A stretch of DNA of 64,000 nucleotides, from NCBI GenBank assembly GCA_030704615.1, contig CM060731.1, positions 88,784,001 through 88,848,000 of the forward strand. The letters are read 5' to 3'. Shown here piece by piece: positions 24,852 through 36,700 of this stretch. The translations under genes and the position numbers were made by a program. The notes under the pieces are model-generated. The model was not told where the DNA came from. It saw only the letters and a program-made list of their open reading frames with translations, and searched no databases. The DNA is from Takakia lepidozioides (taxonomy: Eukaryota > Plantae > Bryophyta). Numbering within the stretch: position 1 is the stretch's first letter; every line of letters starts with the position of its first letter.

Positions 24852-25973
24852 ATGGGTTCTTCTTGGAAGGAGGGAAGCCTGGCAGGAACAGATGACTATG
24901 GTGTAGGAGAGGGAACCCATTACGAGGCTTTGGGAGTCAAGTCAGACTCAAAGTATGCCGAGATTCGAGCCAAGTATAGGGAGGCGATTCTTGCCCTTCA
25001 CCCTGATAAAGTGTCTTCTTGCTCTTCACTTGCTAATGAGTGCACAAGCATCCCAGGGCTTTATGCCACCAGGGAGAGTTCTCTGTTGAAGGATGAAGAA
25101 TTTGTTCCCGCCCTGCAGAAGAAAGGGCGTGATCCGACCTCTCAGACTGTAAATGGCCGCAAGTCTCCACCTTTAAGTGACCACTTGTTTTCTAGGATAA
25201 AGGAATTGGGATCAGAAGGCAGCATTGATCACAGCGGGGAGAAAAAATTCACTGCACCCATTGTAAGACCTGCCGACAAATACCTCTCTCAATTTTTGCG
25301 AGTTCAGGAGGCCTGGCAAGTTCTCCGGGATGCAGATTCGCGGGCGGCATACGATGCTCTGTTGGATACCCGTGTGCTGTCTAGTCGTCTCAGTGTCGGA
25401 GCTGAAGATTGTCGTGTTATTGGAGAGGAGATCGTGCTGGAGGATATGGAGGGGAGCGGGGTAGGTGAGGGAGGAAGCTTTGAGTTCTGGTATTCATGCA
25501 GATGCAGCGATTATTTTGTCGTTTCTCAAAGAGAATTGGAGGAAGCAGGGTTGGAAATAGGGGGCAGAGACGAGGAAAACGAGGCTTGGAATGATGAGGG
25601 TGAGATAGGAAATAAGGGCTGTTCTGAGACTTTGGTCAGGCACGGTGTACAGAATGCTGCAGATGCAAGAGGCGAAAAGGAAGTGAGATATCAGGGGAAA
25701 AGGAGAGGGGTTGGTGACGACAAAGCAGACGGAGAAACAGAGTATCCCGATCCTGGAGCAGGGCATGGGGACAGTGACCAGGAGCAGAGAGTGACAGATA
25801 CAAGGGAAGAGGATAGGAAAAGAGAGGTCAGGTATAGGAGAGGGGTAACAGGAGCCGATGGGCGTAGACATGATGAGACTGCGTGGAACAGGCAGCGACG
25901 CTCCATGGTGCTACCATGCCAGTCATGCTCTTTGCACCTTCGTGTTCACTACTGGGCTTTGTGCCTACCTTAA
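24852..25973 (+). CDS. DPH4: DPH4/DNAJC24-like J-domain plus CSL zinc-finger protein
   Basis: THYEALGV...LHPDK...FLRVQEAWQVLRD...AYD J-domain; LEDM...YSCRC.D.F...LPCQSCSL CSL finger. Confidence 0.85.
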   Translation: MGSSWKEGSLAGTDDYGVGEGTHYEALGVKSDSKYAEIRAKYREAILALHPDKVSSCSSLANECTSIPGLYATRESSLLKDEEFVPALQKKGRDPTSQTVNGRKSPPLSDHLFSRIKELGSEGSIDHSGEKKFTAPIVRPADKYLSQFLRVQEAWQVLRDADSRAAYDALLDTRVLSSRLSVGAEDCRVIGEEIVLEDMEGSGVGEGGSFEFWYSCRCSDYFVVSQRELEEAGLEIGGRDEENEAWNDEGEIGNKGCSETLVRHGVQNAADARGEKEVRYQGKRRGVGDDKADGETEYPDPGAGHGDSDQEQRVTDTREEDRKREVRYRRGVTGADGRRHDETAWNRQRRSMVLPCQSCSLHLRVHYWALCLP

Positions 25974-27549
25974 ATGCCAATGGATAGATCTTCCTCCTTT
26001 ACAATCTCTTCCCCGCAACCCCCCCGGCAGACCAGTCACCCGTTTTGTCTTCTGGGGTGGATTCTGTATTTCCACATAGCTGTGGTGTCTGTTCGATAGA
26101 GTTACCTTCAGTCTGTAAGGGAGCTTGTAACGCATTGAGATCGAAGCTCCGCAGCACGAGCAATTGCAGCTAACTTGCTAACCAGGCGTTTATGCAAGTC
26201 ACGTGATAACGCTAACTTTCCATTGTTTTCCATTGTAGACGATAGTCCAAAATACTAGACGGTTGGGGAATAGAAATTTGGGAGGCATTCTGCACAGAGC
26301 ACCGCGCAATCCACTGCATGCAGCAGTATGTGAACCCTTCTACTTCTTGAGTTGTGAGGAAGTGGAGGCAAGGATGTGAGCAAATTCAGCATGGATGATT
26401 TCTACACTCTGCGGGTGACTTGGTATGGTGCTCCTGTTGTCTCAATATTTTGTCATTGAAATTCTTGTCCTTATTGTCTGGTTGAAGGTCAGGTTGGTAT
26501 TGAGTTTTCAATGGTTGATTGTTCAGAGAGAGGGAATCTTATCTTTAGCCTCTACTACATAACCCAACCAACCTAGACACTTAGGACTGGAGCTGCTTAT
26601 TTGGTGAGCATTTGGCGAGGTTCTTGCTTATGGTTAGGCTGGCTTGACCCTATCTACTTGGGATTTGCTGTAAGGCACATGTGGGTTATATACCTCATAC
26701 CCCGTTCTCAGATGCAGGAGTGCAAGTTACAGGCTACTGTAAGCTTGAAGAGAAATACACGGAGGTGTCTGTTTCCTTGCCCAAGGTAACAATGCTATGA
26801 TTGGATTTGTAGTAGTTCTGCATTGGGAAAAAATGTAGAGTCTTCTGCTGAGTTTGTTCCAGTCATTCTCACTACTTATCATGTCCTTCATTAAGCCTAT
26901 CAACTATGTACACTTCTAGAAGATAAAGAGATTGATCACTTCAAGTGAAAAATGGAACTTTGCTTTATTTCATACCGGTTCTTGGTGAGTAAAGTTCTCA
27001 CATGAAATGAAATGTTGGGTATGATCAAATTATAAACCCCATCACATCTCTGAGAATATGTGACATTAATAGGTTGTGTTGGCAACCTAGTTATGTCTTG
27101 CAAAAGCAATTATCATGACAATCCTCAGCATTTCCAACAATCTGCACTCTGTTCTTGGCAGTAGGATGGACACAAGCACCGTGCCTATGGCAGAGGATGG
27201 AAGACCTGTCTAATGATCCTGTCATACCCATCCTCCTTGCCTTGGCTTTGATTGCAGCCATCATACACCCCAACAAAACAGTGTAGTCACTGTCATCTGC
27301 AGCCAAGGTCAAGCACAGTTTTCCAAAGAATGTGTCTAGGTCTGAAAGAGAGCAGGTCTGAAAGAGAGCGGTTAAGCTTGACTCTTTGTATTTTCCCATG
27401 CTCCGAGTTGCACCTCTGGCTCCCACTCAAGGAAAGCAGCTGCTTGCTGTGAGCAGTCAGTTGCCGAGAGTCAGTCACTCTTGTGATCCAAGTGCTTGGT
27501 CACAGCTAGAAGCTTTTTAATGAATAAGTTTTTTTTACTGTATAGCATC

Positions 27550-30500
27550 TTATCTCGGCTCAACGGTGCTCATGTAACTAGCTGTGTTAGTTAAGCTTGA
27601 TCCGGAGTTATAGGTTGAGCCTTGTGAATAATCTTTACTGAAGGGAGATGAGGAAGTTGATGTGCCACCACGACCTGCATAGTGGCGTATTCTGGGCTTG
27701 GAGATCTCAGGCATGTCAATCTCCGCCTCTCCGGCTAGCATTGTGACCACCCGTGACATTGTTGGCCTCATTGTAGCCACTGATTGTGTGCATAACAGTG
27801 CAACATCTATCACCCTCAAAACTTCTTCCTCGGAGATGGGGCCCTTCAGAGTGGGATCAAGAAGTTTTTCCAGTTTTTGATCTTCATGCAATTGCCAGGT
27901 CTGCAGCAAGAAGGTTTTTGGCGCGTAGTTAGCACTGTACTGTTCACCATTCAAAATTATCATTTAAGAGAATGTACTCATGAGACTCCGTTTGCCGTAG
28001 CCTTGTACACATAGACCCCGCCCCCATGGATGGAAATATCATTTAAGAGACAAACACAGAGATTGCTTTGAAATTGAGCTAACTGAACCAGAATCTACAA
28101 ACAGCTTCCACATCGTGCAATATAACATTGGACCCCAGCATACTTGATACATGAAATTCCTGCTTGTAGGAAAGAGAAGTCATACCCAATCTAGGAGATA
28201 GGCCATGTCTGTGGGCAAACGAAGGTCCAGATTGCCCCGGCCACTTACAAGCTCCAGTGCCACAATGCCAAAACTGAAGACATCTGCTTTCTCTGTGAGT
28301 TGTCCCCTCATGGCATACTCCGGTGCCAAATATCCACTTCACAACACCCCACAATGCAAATGTCAAGGCCCCTCATTGCTTCTCTGTGGTTCTTTGGTCT
28401 ACTTTTGTCCCTTGGACTTCCCAATACTTACTGACTGTTCCCTTCTTTCACTCAAAAAGGTTACTTTGTCCCTCTTTTTTCTTTCCCCTGGACCTTACAA
28501 AGTTCCTTCTTTCTTTCTTCTTACTTCCCCTGCAGTTTCCTGTTTTCCTTCAAGTTGCTAAGTTGGCAGTGCAATCACAGGAGACTAGAAAGGTACTAGT
28601 GCAGTAGAAAGTTAGTAACATTCTGTTTTCTATTGGCTTTCTAGTATGTTGGCAAAATGTGGCAGGAATGTGGCCAAAATGTTGTAAGCTGTCTGACTGC
28701 TACTTCCATTGCAGGTAAACTCTACCATTGGCCAGGGTGGAACAAGTATATCACAGGGAATTTCAACATGAAGGGCCAACAATCTTTATGCGGTGAAGGA
28801 ATGTGGTATATAATGCAATTTGTTTTGTATTATCAAATTGGATTCGACTTTTTCCAGCATTTTCAGGTCCAAATAACCAGGGATTATCTGTTTGCCTACC
28901 CGCTTCATAGAGTTCAGAAGAAACTAGGTGACTTGGAGCCTCTCGTTCACATCTCTCATCGAAAGGTGTTATCCTATAATGCATATTTCTGTACCTTGGC
29001 ATCAAATCACCTGGGTAAAACTTGTTTCAAGTTCAGCAAAGACATCAAATGAGAAAAGGCGCAGCTTACACTGTCCCAGCAACACGGGTGCTGATATGGC
29101 TCTGATCATCCAAAAAGAAACGGGCCAACCCAAAATCAGCAATTTTGGGATTGAGATCTTTGTCCAGCAAAATGTTGCTGGCTTTGATATCCCGATGTAT
29201 TATACGTGTCTGACAGCCCTCATGCAGATAGGCAAGACCACGAGCTGTTCCAACCAATATCTTTACTCGTGTCGGCCAATCCAAATGCAATCCTTGCCCT
29301 GCATCTGCAAGGACATGTACATTTAATTGGATCAGGTAAACTCTGTAAAACATTTTGGTGTTCCATCACCCATATCACTATGATTATATCTTTCCAGCCA
29401 CCTGATCGCTTTCTCCCTGCAGCAGTCCAAATAACTGGGAAGGAAAAAACATGTGGCTCCTCTCTCCTCAAAGCCATCTGAACTCGATGGTGTGCACAAG
29501 AAATCAGATCAGCAAGTAGTGATAAAAGGAACTGTTGCAGGGGACCTTTACTGTTCAGTACCCATCTTTAAGAACAATGAAGCTATTTCACAATATAAGC
29601 TTCCCTAATTTGAAGGCAATCAAAGCAGTTGACCAGGTTGGCTAATGGGTCTGGAGCAACTGCGGAAATGCACTTTCAGCATCAATCAGTGGACTCAAGC
29701 ATGAGAACCTCCTTGGCCTCAAGTGTGTTTCTGGGGTACTGACCCTTCGAACTCACTGTGCCTCTTCCCCTTGCCCCATTTCCTGCATGTGTTAGGCTTC
29801 AGGATTAAAATGGTGAGAGTGGTATTACCAAACAAGGCCTGATTGAGGCTTTTATTTTCAAGGTACTCATAAACTAGCAGCCGCTCTCCTCCTTTGAGAC
29901 AGCAGCCCCGCAGTTTTACAAGGTTGCGGTGCTGAACGCCTGTGATAAGCGTGACCTCATTCAGAAACTCTTCCTGTCCTTGCCGTGAAGTTTGAGAGAG
30001 CTGCTTGACTGCCACCTCAGTACCATCAGGCAGCACTCCCTTCATCACCAGATTTGCAAAAAATGAGACACATGAATTTAGGTTGGGTATAAGAACAACA
30101 CGAATGAGAGCGCGCGTGTCTGAAAGAGGGCTGCAGAATAGGGAGGAAAGCAAATGGGACACTCACAGGAAGGTGCAGATGCATGGTTGTCTGCAAAGAC
30201 ATTTCCAACTTTGAAGAACTTTAGAGCAACCTCTCAATAAACCCTCCAGGTTGTTATAGATGTATATAGTACTGATAACTGATACCTAGATTGTATTAGA
30301 AACTGAGAAGCTGTTGGTGTGCAGCATTGCAGAGTCGGATGGTATTATTTACTGACAGGCTTAAGATTGTACCATACCTTAAAGACTGAACCAAATCCAC
30401 CTTCCCCAAGCTTGCTCCCTGAATGGAAATTTCTGGTGGCATTTTTTAGCACAGTGTAGGTGAAGAGGGTCGGTCGTCCTTCAATCTTCAGAATGTCTGA

Positions 30501-31736
30501 TCACATACAGATCCAGCAATTTATCATCTTTCCTCGGAAACTACATGCCATGCATAGATACAGGAATTGTTCAATGCGACTTTGGCTGTCCATCACATTC
30601 TGATTGCATGACAATACTGGATGGAAGAAAGACATTTATAGAACAGGTCCCAATTTTCACAGATGTGTATGAGAGGTAGGAAGGAGGTGGTAGTAATGCA
30701 TGCATGTGTGTACCATCTCGATCTTGACTTGAGGCTGGACACCTCCAAGCCTTCTTCCTCCTCCGACAAGCTAAGAAAATACAAAGAGCCAGAGCGGCAA
30801 TCACAACGCCCGTTATACTGATGGCCACTATTGCAAAAATGCCTTTAGGTGCGCTTTTGGAAGCTCGCTCTGCATTAAGGAATTTCACCCCCACAAAGAA
30901 GATCACTGACCAGGTTTGTGAAGCATTTTTACAATTGACTTGTGACCAAATACGCCATATGCGTCCACCTTCTGGCTATAGAAAGCACTCTGGAAGCCTT
31001 AAACAAGTCACAGAAATCTACTACGACCGAGGAAGGAGACCGAAGGGCTAAAGGAACAGAAGTAGAACAACGCGCAGTCGAACCACAGACCCACACACGC
31101 GAGAGAGAGAGAGCGGGCAAGGAGGAGTATTGGGCGGCTTCAAAGGATTGAAGATCGTGTATGTAATAAGGGTGGTGACATACTGAAACTTGACAATCCA
31201 GAAATTTTGCATACAATCTGTGTATCTGAGCTGCCAGAGTTTCCCGATCGTGTATTTGTGCTTACGAGACGTGTACCTTGCAGAGAGGGAGTGAGGGGAG
31301 CCCCGCAAGAGCTGTTACCGGGCGCCAAACCCAACAGGGCGGGGCACACGCTGCAAAGGTCGGTAGTGAGCTTGCAGTAGCCAGGCATGGCTTCCTGCAA
31401 GACTGGCTTAACGACGTCCGGCGGGTAGAAGGTAACGTAGCAAAAACAGCCTAAAGTGTCGCGCGCGACCTTCTGCACCGCTGAACAACAGTTAGCAGGT
31501 GGGCGTGGAGGTCCCTGTGATTGGGTACCCATCAGATATTGTAGGCATGGAATCAACTCTTTCATGCCATCGCTGCACAATGGTGTACTCATGTCCAAAC
31601 ACGGTTTGCCTTTCTTGAATGGGAAGCTGCAGTTGAGACCTGGCATCGGCGCAGCTGCGCCCAGCTCACTGAAGATTGCTAGTACCACCACTACTGCTAC
31701 CATCCTTGCAACGGCCCTCATTGCTATTGACACCAT
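27550..31736 (-). CDS. Receptor-like kinase with nsLTP-like eight-cysteine ectodomain and LRR-VIII-2-like RD kinase; 7 exons, 560 aa
   Basis: Exons 31736-31277, 30869-30714, 30496-30378, 30039-29829, 29304-29070, 28336-28186, 27900-27550; all GT-AG, phases compatible, 1683 nt open. Signal peptide, C-X9-C-X18-CC-X12-CFC-X21-C-X6-[34 protein letters not shown]. Confidence 0.9.
27958..28050 (-). mobile_element. 65-bp retroposon 3'-end insertion with 14-bp TSD in an RLK intron
   Basis: tatcatttaagaga at 27958-27971 and 28037-28050 flanks atgtactcatgagactccgtttgccgtagcctt...gacccc. Confidence 0.8.
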
Positions 31737-33730
31737 TCTATCTGCCTATCTTTCTACCTAGAGTCCACTCCCACGGTTGCAGTCGATCGGATCTCACTTT
31801 TGGAGAAGCTATGTTCGCGCACAGCTGCCCTCCAAGAACACCCGCCGCAGCCGTGCAGAACGTACCATGGGGAGCTCAAGGAGCAATGCGGCACTGTAGA
31901 GCTGGGAGGTGAGTAACCTGGAGGTGGACAGGCGAGTAAGATATAGATGCTCTCCTACTACAAACTCCACCAGTCCTGAATGATCTCACATAGAGAGAGA
32001 CAAACAAATGAACACGCATAGGAAGAAGAAAAATCTTTGCAGAGAGTGGCAGCCCCCTTGACCTTGCAGCGAACGTCTACTGCCAGACCCACCACACCTG
32101 CCTCCTCGCCCTGACTTTCCATCAGTTTCCAAGAAAAGTGTTATTAGTGTGAACAGACTTGAGCTTGCAGCAGGCAAGTATCTCCACCTGGAGTTGCAGC
32201 CCTGTAGGCAATACAGTACTCCATGCAGCAGTTGTCGCACCAGCTTTTAACTAGTGACTGTAAGTGCATGTGCGCAAGGTATAACTTAGTTGGGTATTGT
32301 TTGAATGCAAGCCCTGCCTTCTGCAGCCATTCTGGAGAGCAAGGATTGCATGCAATAATGTTGTAGCGTGCTGCATTGATGAAGCCTGGGCCACCATCTC
32401 ACGTCCGGACGGTCTTCACGCGCTAATATAGGGATGGAGAACTGTATACAATCCAATTGATTACTCCCGCCTCTTCAACTTTCTTTCCTTTTCTGTTTTC
32501 AAAGTTACTATCACACTAAAATCAGAACAAACAAACAAGAAACCTTGAATCCATCATGTGGGTGATGGCCTGGGTCATCACTGTCAGGACTAGAGAATTT
32601 ATTGCAAGGGAAAATTTGTGGAGAAGATCACCATCTCCAGCGTCTGAGGCAAATAACTGGCCCTCGATTGGGCATCACACAAATGAGTTGATGTCGGCAT
32701 CGAATCCATTCCCAGTCAATGACTTTCCCTTTACCCATGTTTTGCCCATCATGTCTGGAATCTTGTTTTCAACGCCGCAGATTGCCCGTTAGCAACTCGC
32801 TTTACATGAGGTAGGCAACGGTACACTGTATGCCGGCCTTTTAGGTGCAGTCAAGTAACCATCTGTCTCCTTCACTCCTTTTGCAGCTCGAGAACCATGC
32901 GAGAGGAACAACCAATCTCTGAGGTCTGGTTTGCTTGACCTGGTGTGTGTTGTCAGTCCAGTGGATATACTTCCATAAACGAAACGAAACGAAACATGTG
33001 GTTGTTAATCTATCAGGGCCAGGATTTCCAGTGATACAGCTACTTTGGAAGTGCTATTTTCCAGCTATCTTCCAACTTTTTGAGCTTTCCATTGGTTTCC
33101 ATGAACCCTTGGGTTTCCCAACCATTCAATGCATTCACACCAGATGGAAAATTGGAAAAACATTTCCACTCAAATAGTGCAGAGATACTGAAGTAAGAGG
33201 TACACCAACTAGGAGGGCAAATAGCCAGAAATGATTTGGACCAGAACAAATGCTAAAATAGTCATGAACAAACGATGGTCCAAAAGCAGCTGTCTTCTCC
33301 CTACATGCATTTATTGGAGGAGGAAAAGAGTGATAAGTTCTTCCTACTTTTGTTTTGAAACCTTGCAGACCTGTTTTGTGAATATCTGATGTCAGGAAAA
33401 TGAAAAGTTCGAAAACCTGTCATATTCATTTGCCCCATTTTGCTTGAAAGGTATCTGGAGATCAATCTCAGCAAGGCAGCAGAGGCTGACCAGAAAACGC
33501 CTAACGGAAATAAGCAGGTAGGGGAGTGACTGCTGAGACTTAACAATCCTGCTCATGTAATAAGAACCTTTTGTGTGATACACCTCTCAATTTACAGACC
33601 AGTGGCAGAAGCAGCACACTCAGCCAAGCTCATCAACCTAGCTACCACTGTGATTGCAATTTTACATCAATTGGGATGTGAACAGTCAGAACTATTTGAG
33701 GAATTTGAGTGGAGGGACGAAATGGTAGTG

Positions 33731-36700
33731 TTACAGGACAGCAGCAGAATCAGTCAAATCGTGCAGCAATTTGACAGCTGCATCAGACTCTGCAACTTGC
33801 TGCCTGAGCTGAGTGTAGGTATTTTCGCTGGCGCTACCTCCCACCTCTTTCACCTGCTCTAACAGTTGTAGCAAGGCCTCATATTTCCCTCGTTCTGCGC
33901 ACTTCAGTAGCATTATATCCCATGCCCCCTGTCATACTACCAGTCTTAAGAATGACCCTGAAGCACTTTATGTGGCAAATAACAAGATACTCGAATGTCT
34001 TGAAGGGAAATGATAAATAATAAACCTACCAAGACAAAACCCAAAAGTGTTTCCCGTAGGTGGACATACTGAGCCAAAATAATCTCTAAAATTTACATCT
34101 TGAGACAGCAATTTTCCGTAGTAATAATCACTAAACCGACTTGAAGCTGAACTACAATTGAGATTTAGTCTGACTGAAATCGTTTTTACTTTTTGCGTGA
34201 CATCAAGTCATACGTTAGGGTGCCATGGAATGACGTGACAACTTTCACAGGTCTTCCCGGACATCCCAATGACAACCCTAGGGTCTGGTGGGCCCACAAA
34301 CATATTCAAGCTAAGTGCCTTATGCATAAACCTGACAACATTAAAGGAAAGAGGGCTTACTTGAGAAGGCTTATAGCCAACTTGTTTCATTAGTTCTAGC
34401 ACCTCTTTCACCACCTCCATGTTGCCGACCTCCGCAAATGCTTGTATAAACTTTTCGATGATGGGTTGTGCCAAAGGCCGCCCAGAAACCTAAACAATGT
34501 GATCAAGCCAAGAATGTACAATGTGTGTAAAGAAAGAGAAGGAGAACCATGGAACATAGAAACAAATGACCATGTTGTCACCAGGGGAAGGGAGGGATGA
34601 GAACAAAGTATTTACCTTGACTTCCTGGAAGACGGCAAGCAAATAATCAAGTTGATTGTGAACGATCATTGCCGAAATCACAGTGTGCAGTGAGAGGTTT
34701 GTCGGCACAATGCCCTTCTTCTTCATTTCCCCGAACATATTCCACAGCTCCTCCACTTTGCCCACTTTCATGAATCCTTGAAGCAGTGCATTGAATGTGG
34801 CCTGTTCACCACCCACCCAATCAACATCCCTCCTTACATATCACAGCTGCAAATATGGGTCTAATTCGTTGTCATTCAGAGAGTTTGCAATGCCTCATCG
34901 ACTCCCATATCTGGCAACTAAAAGCTACAGACCTCATTTGGGCGGTGGCCCCTGGTTTCCATGTCTTGTAAAGTGCGGAGAGCCAACTCGCAGAGGTCTT
35001 CTTTGGCAAAGTACCCAATGAGAATATTGAAAGTGCCACGGTCAGGTGGGCAAGCCTCTGAATCCATCTTGCGCAGAGTGGCCATGACCCCATCCATGTA
35101 GCCAGCATTGCAGTATACCTTCAACAAGGTATTGAACAAAAGGATATCACGGTCTACAAGATTTCTGCTCTCAATCTCTGCAGCCAGTCTCTTGACTCCA
35201 TCCAGCTGCTCGGCCTTCGCATATGCTGTGATTAAAATGCTGTACCCTATACTACCTGCACATATGGATTCATGATTGCTCATTCCTTAGCAATGGTTCA
35301 AACCGCAAGAGACAATAAGAGGAAAGACAACCACAGACAGCATATGTTGAGGGAAAGCACACATGGGTTGACCATCCTAATCATAATAACCGTACTCTCA
35401 GCATGACCCCAAGCTCAAGCAAGCAAGAGAAGAGAAGAGAAGAGAGAAAAATTTATCACGTCCATGGGGGGGCCCAGAGAGAAGAGTTGTTACAGTATAA
35501 GCAGAATGTAGCTGGCAAAGCAGAAATTTCCTTGTGACTATCCTGAAGCTCTGTGCAATTTCACTTCAAAATACTTTAGCCATAACCAAGGAATATTAAG
35601 GAAGCTACAACTGTAGTACCTGGGTTCATGCCTCTCGACTTCATCTCATCACATAATTCCTGAGCCTCTGTCACCATGCCCGTTTTCGCATACGCATCCA
35701 ACATTGAGCAATAAGAAACCTGTTCTTCACAAGCATCAGCAACCGAAATCAACCAGAATTCCAGCTGCTGCACATGAATCTAGACAATAGGATAAAAAAA
35801 ACACAGACAATGAAGATGGGCTCAACACTGCTTTCTACCTACCATGTTTTGGAGAAACCATACTGTCATGGAATAAGCCACATAGTAGTAATGCCCAACA
35901 AGAAGATCTTGGACATACCATGTCAGGATGTAAGCCAGAGGCCTGCACCTCGTTGAAGATTTTCCGGGCCTCTTTGGGCAGTCTACTGTTAGCATAAGCA
36001 TTAATCAGTGAATTGTACACCACCTGCACATTGCAGTTACTCTCCCATAAAACTGTGTTGTAGAAAAGTCATGGGACAAGGCAATACAAGGGCCTGTCCA
36101 AACATAAAGAAGTAAAGCTGCAGCACCTCCATCACTAGAATGATGAAAAAACCCAATAAACCAGATGTGAATATGTTGTAAGAGTATTGAGTGTGAGAGC
36201 CTCAAGAAAAACAGCATGAAGGTGTTTTAACATATGAAGAATGCTTCAATAAGAAATAGCAATGATAGTCTAGTGGGGAAAGTTGCTGATTCTCCTACTT
36301 GACAATGCGTCAGTGAAATGAACCCCACTAATAGGAGAAAGAAAGAAAGGAAGAAACTAAGTATGGTCGGGGCAGCCATGGGACAAAGTAGAACCATGAA
36401 GGAAACAGCGGGGTCACAGCAGTTTATAGACAACTAGGGAAGTTAATTGTTGGAACTTGGCAGAAGATCATGAATGTGAATTTGAGATCATTAAAAGATT
36501 TGGTTTGGCCAGTATTGATACTCATTGCTAAAGCTAATGCATAATGAAATGATTTAGCTAGATTTGAGATAACACACACTTTTGGTAAGGACTAGGGAAA
36601 GTAGGCACCAAGTTTGGGGTGAGACCCGCTGCACGGATTTGTTCCAGCACTTGCTCAGCTTCAGCATACTTGCCCTTGCAGGCATAGGTGTTAAGCAAGG

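Noticed and set aside
31140-31736. Standalone secreted LTP/LTPG gene as given by the ORF track
   Set aside because: A phase-1 donor at 31276 splices in frame to the TM and kinase exons, the read-through tail lacks a GPI-type hydrophobic end, and the kinase otherwise has no signal peptide.
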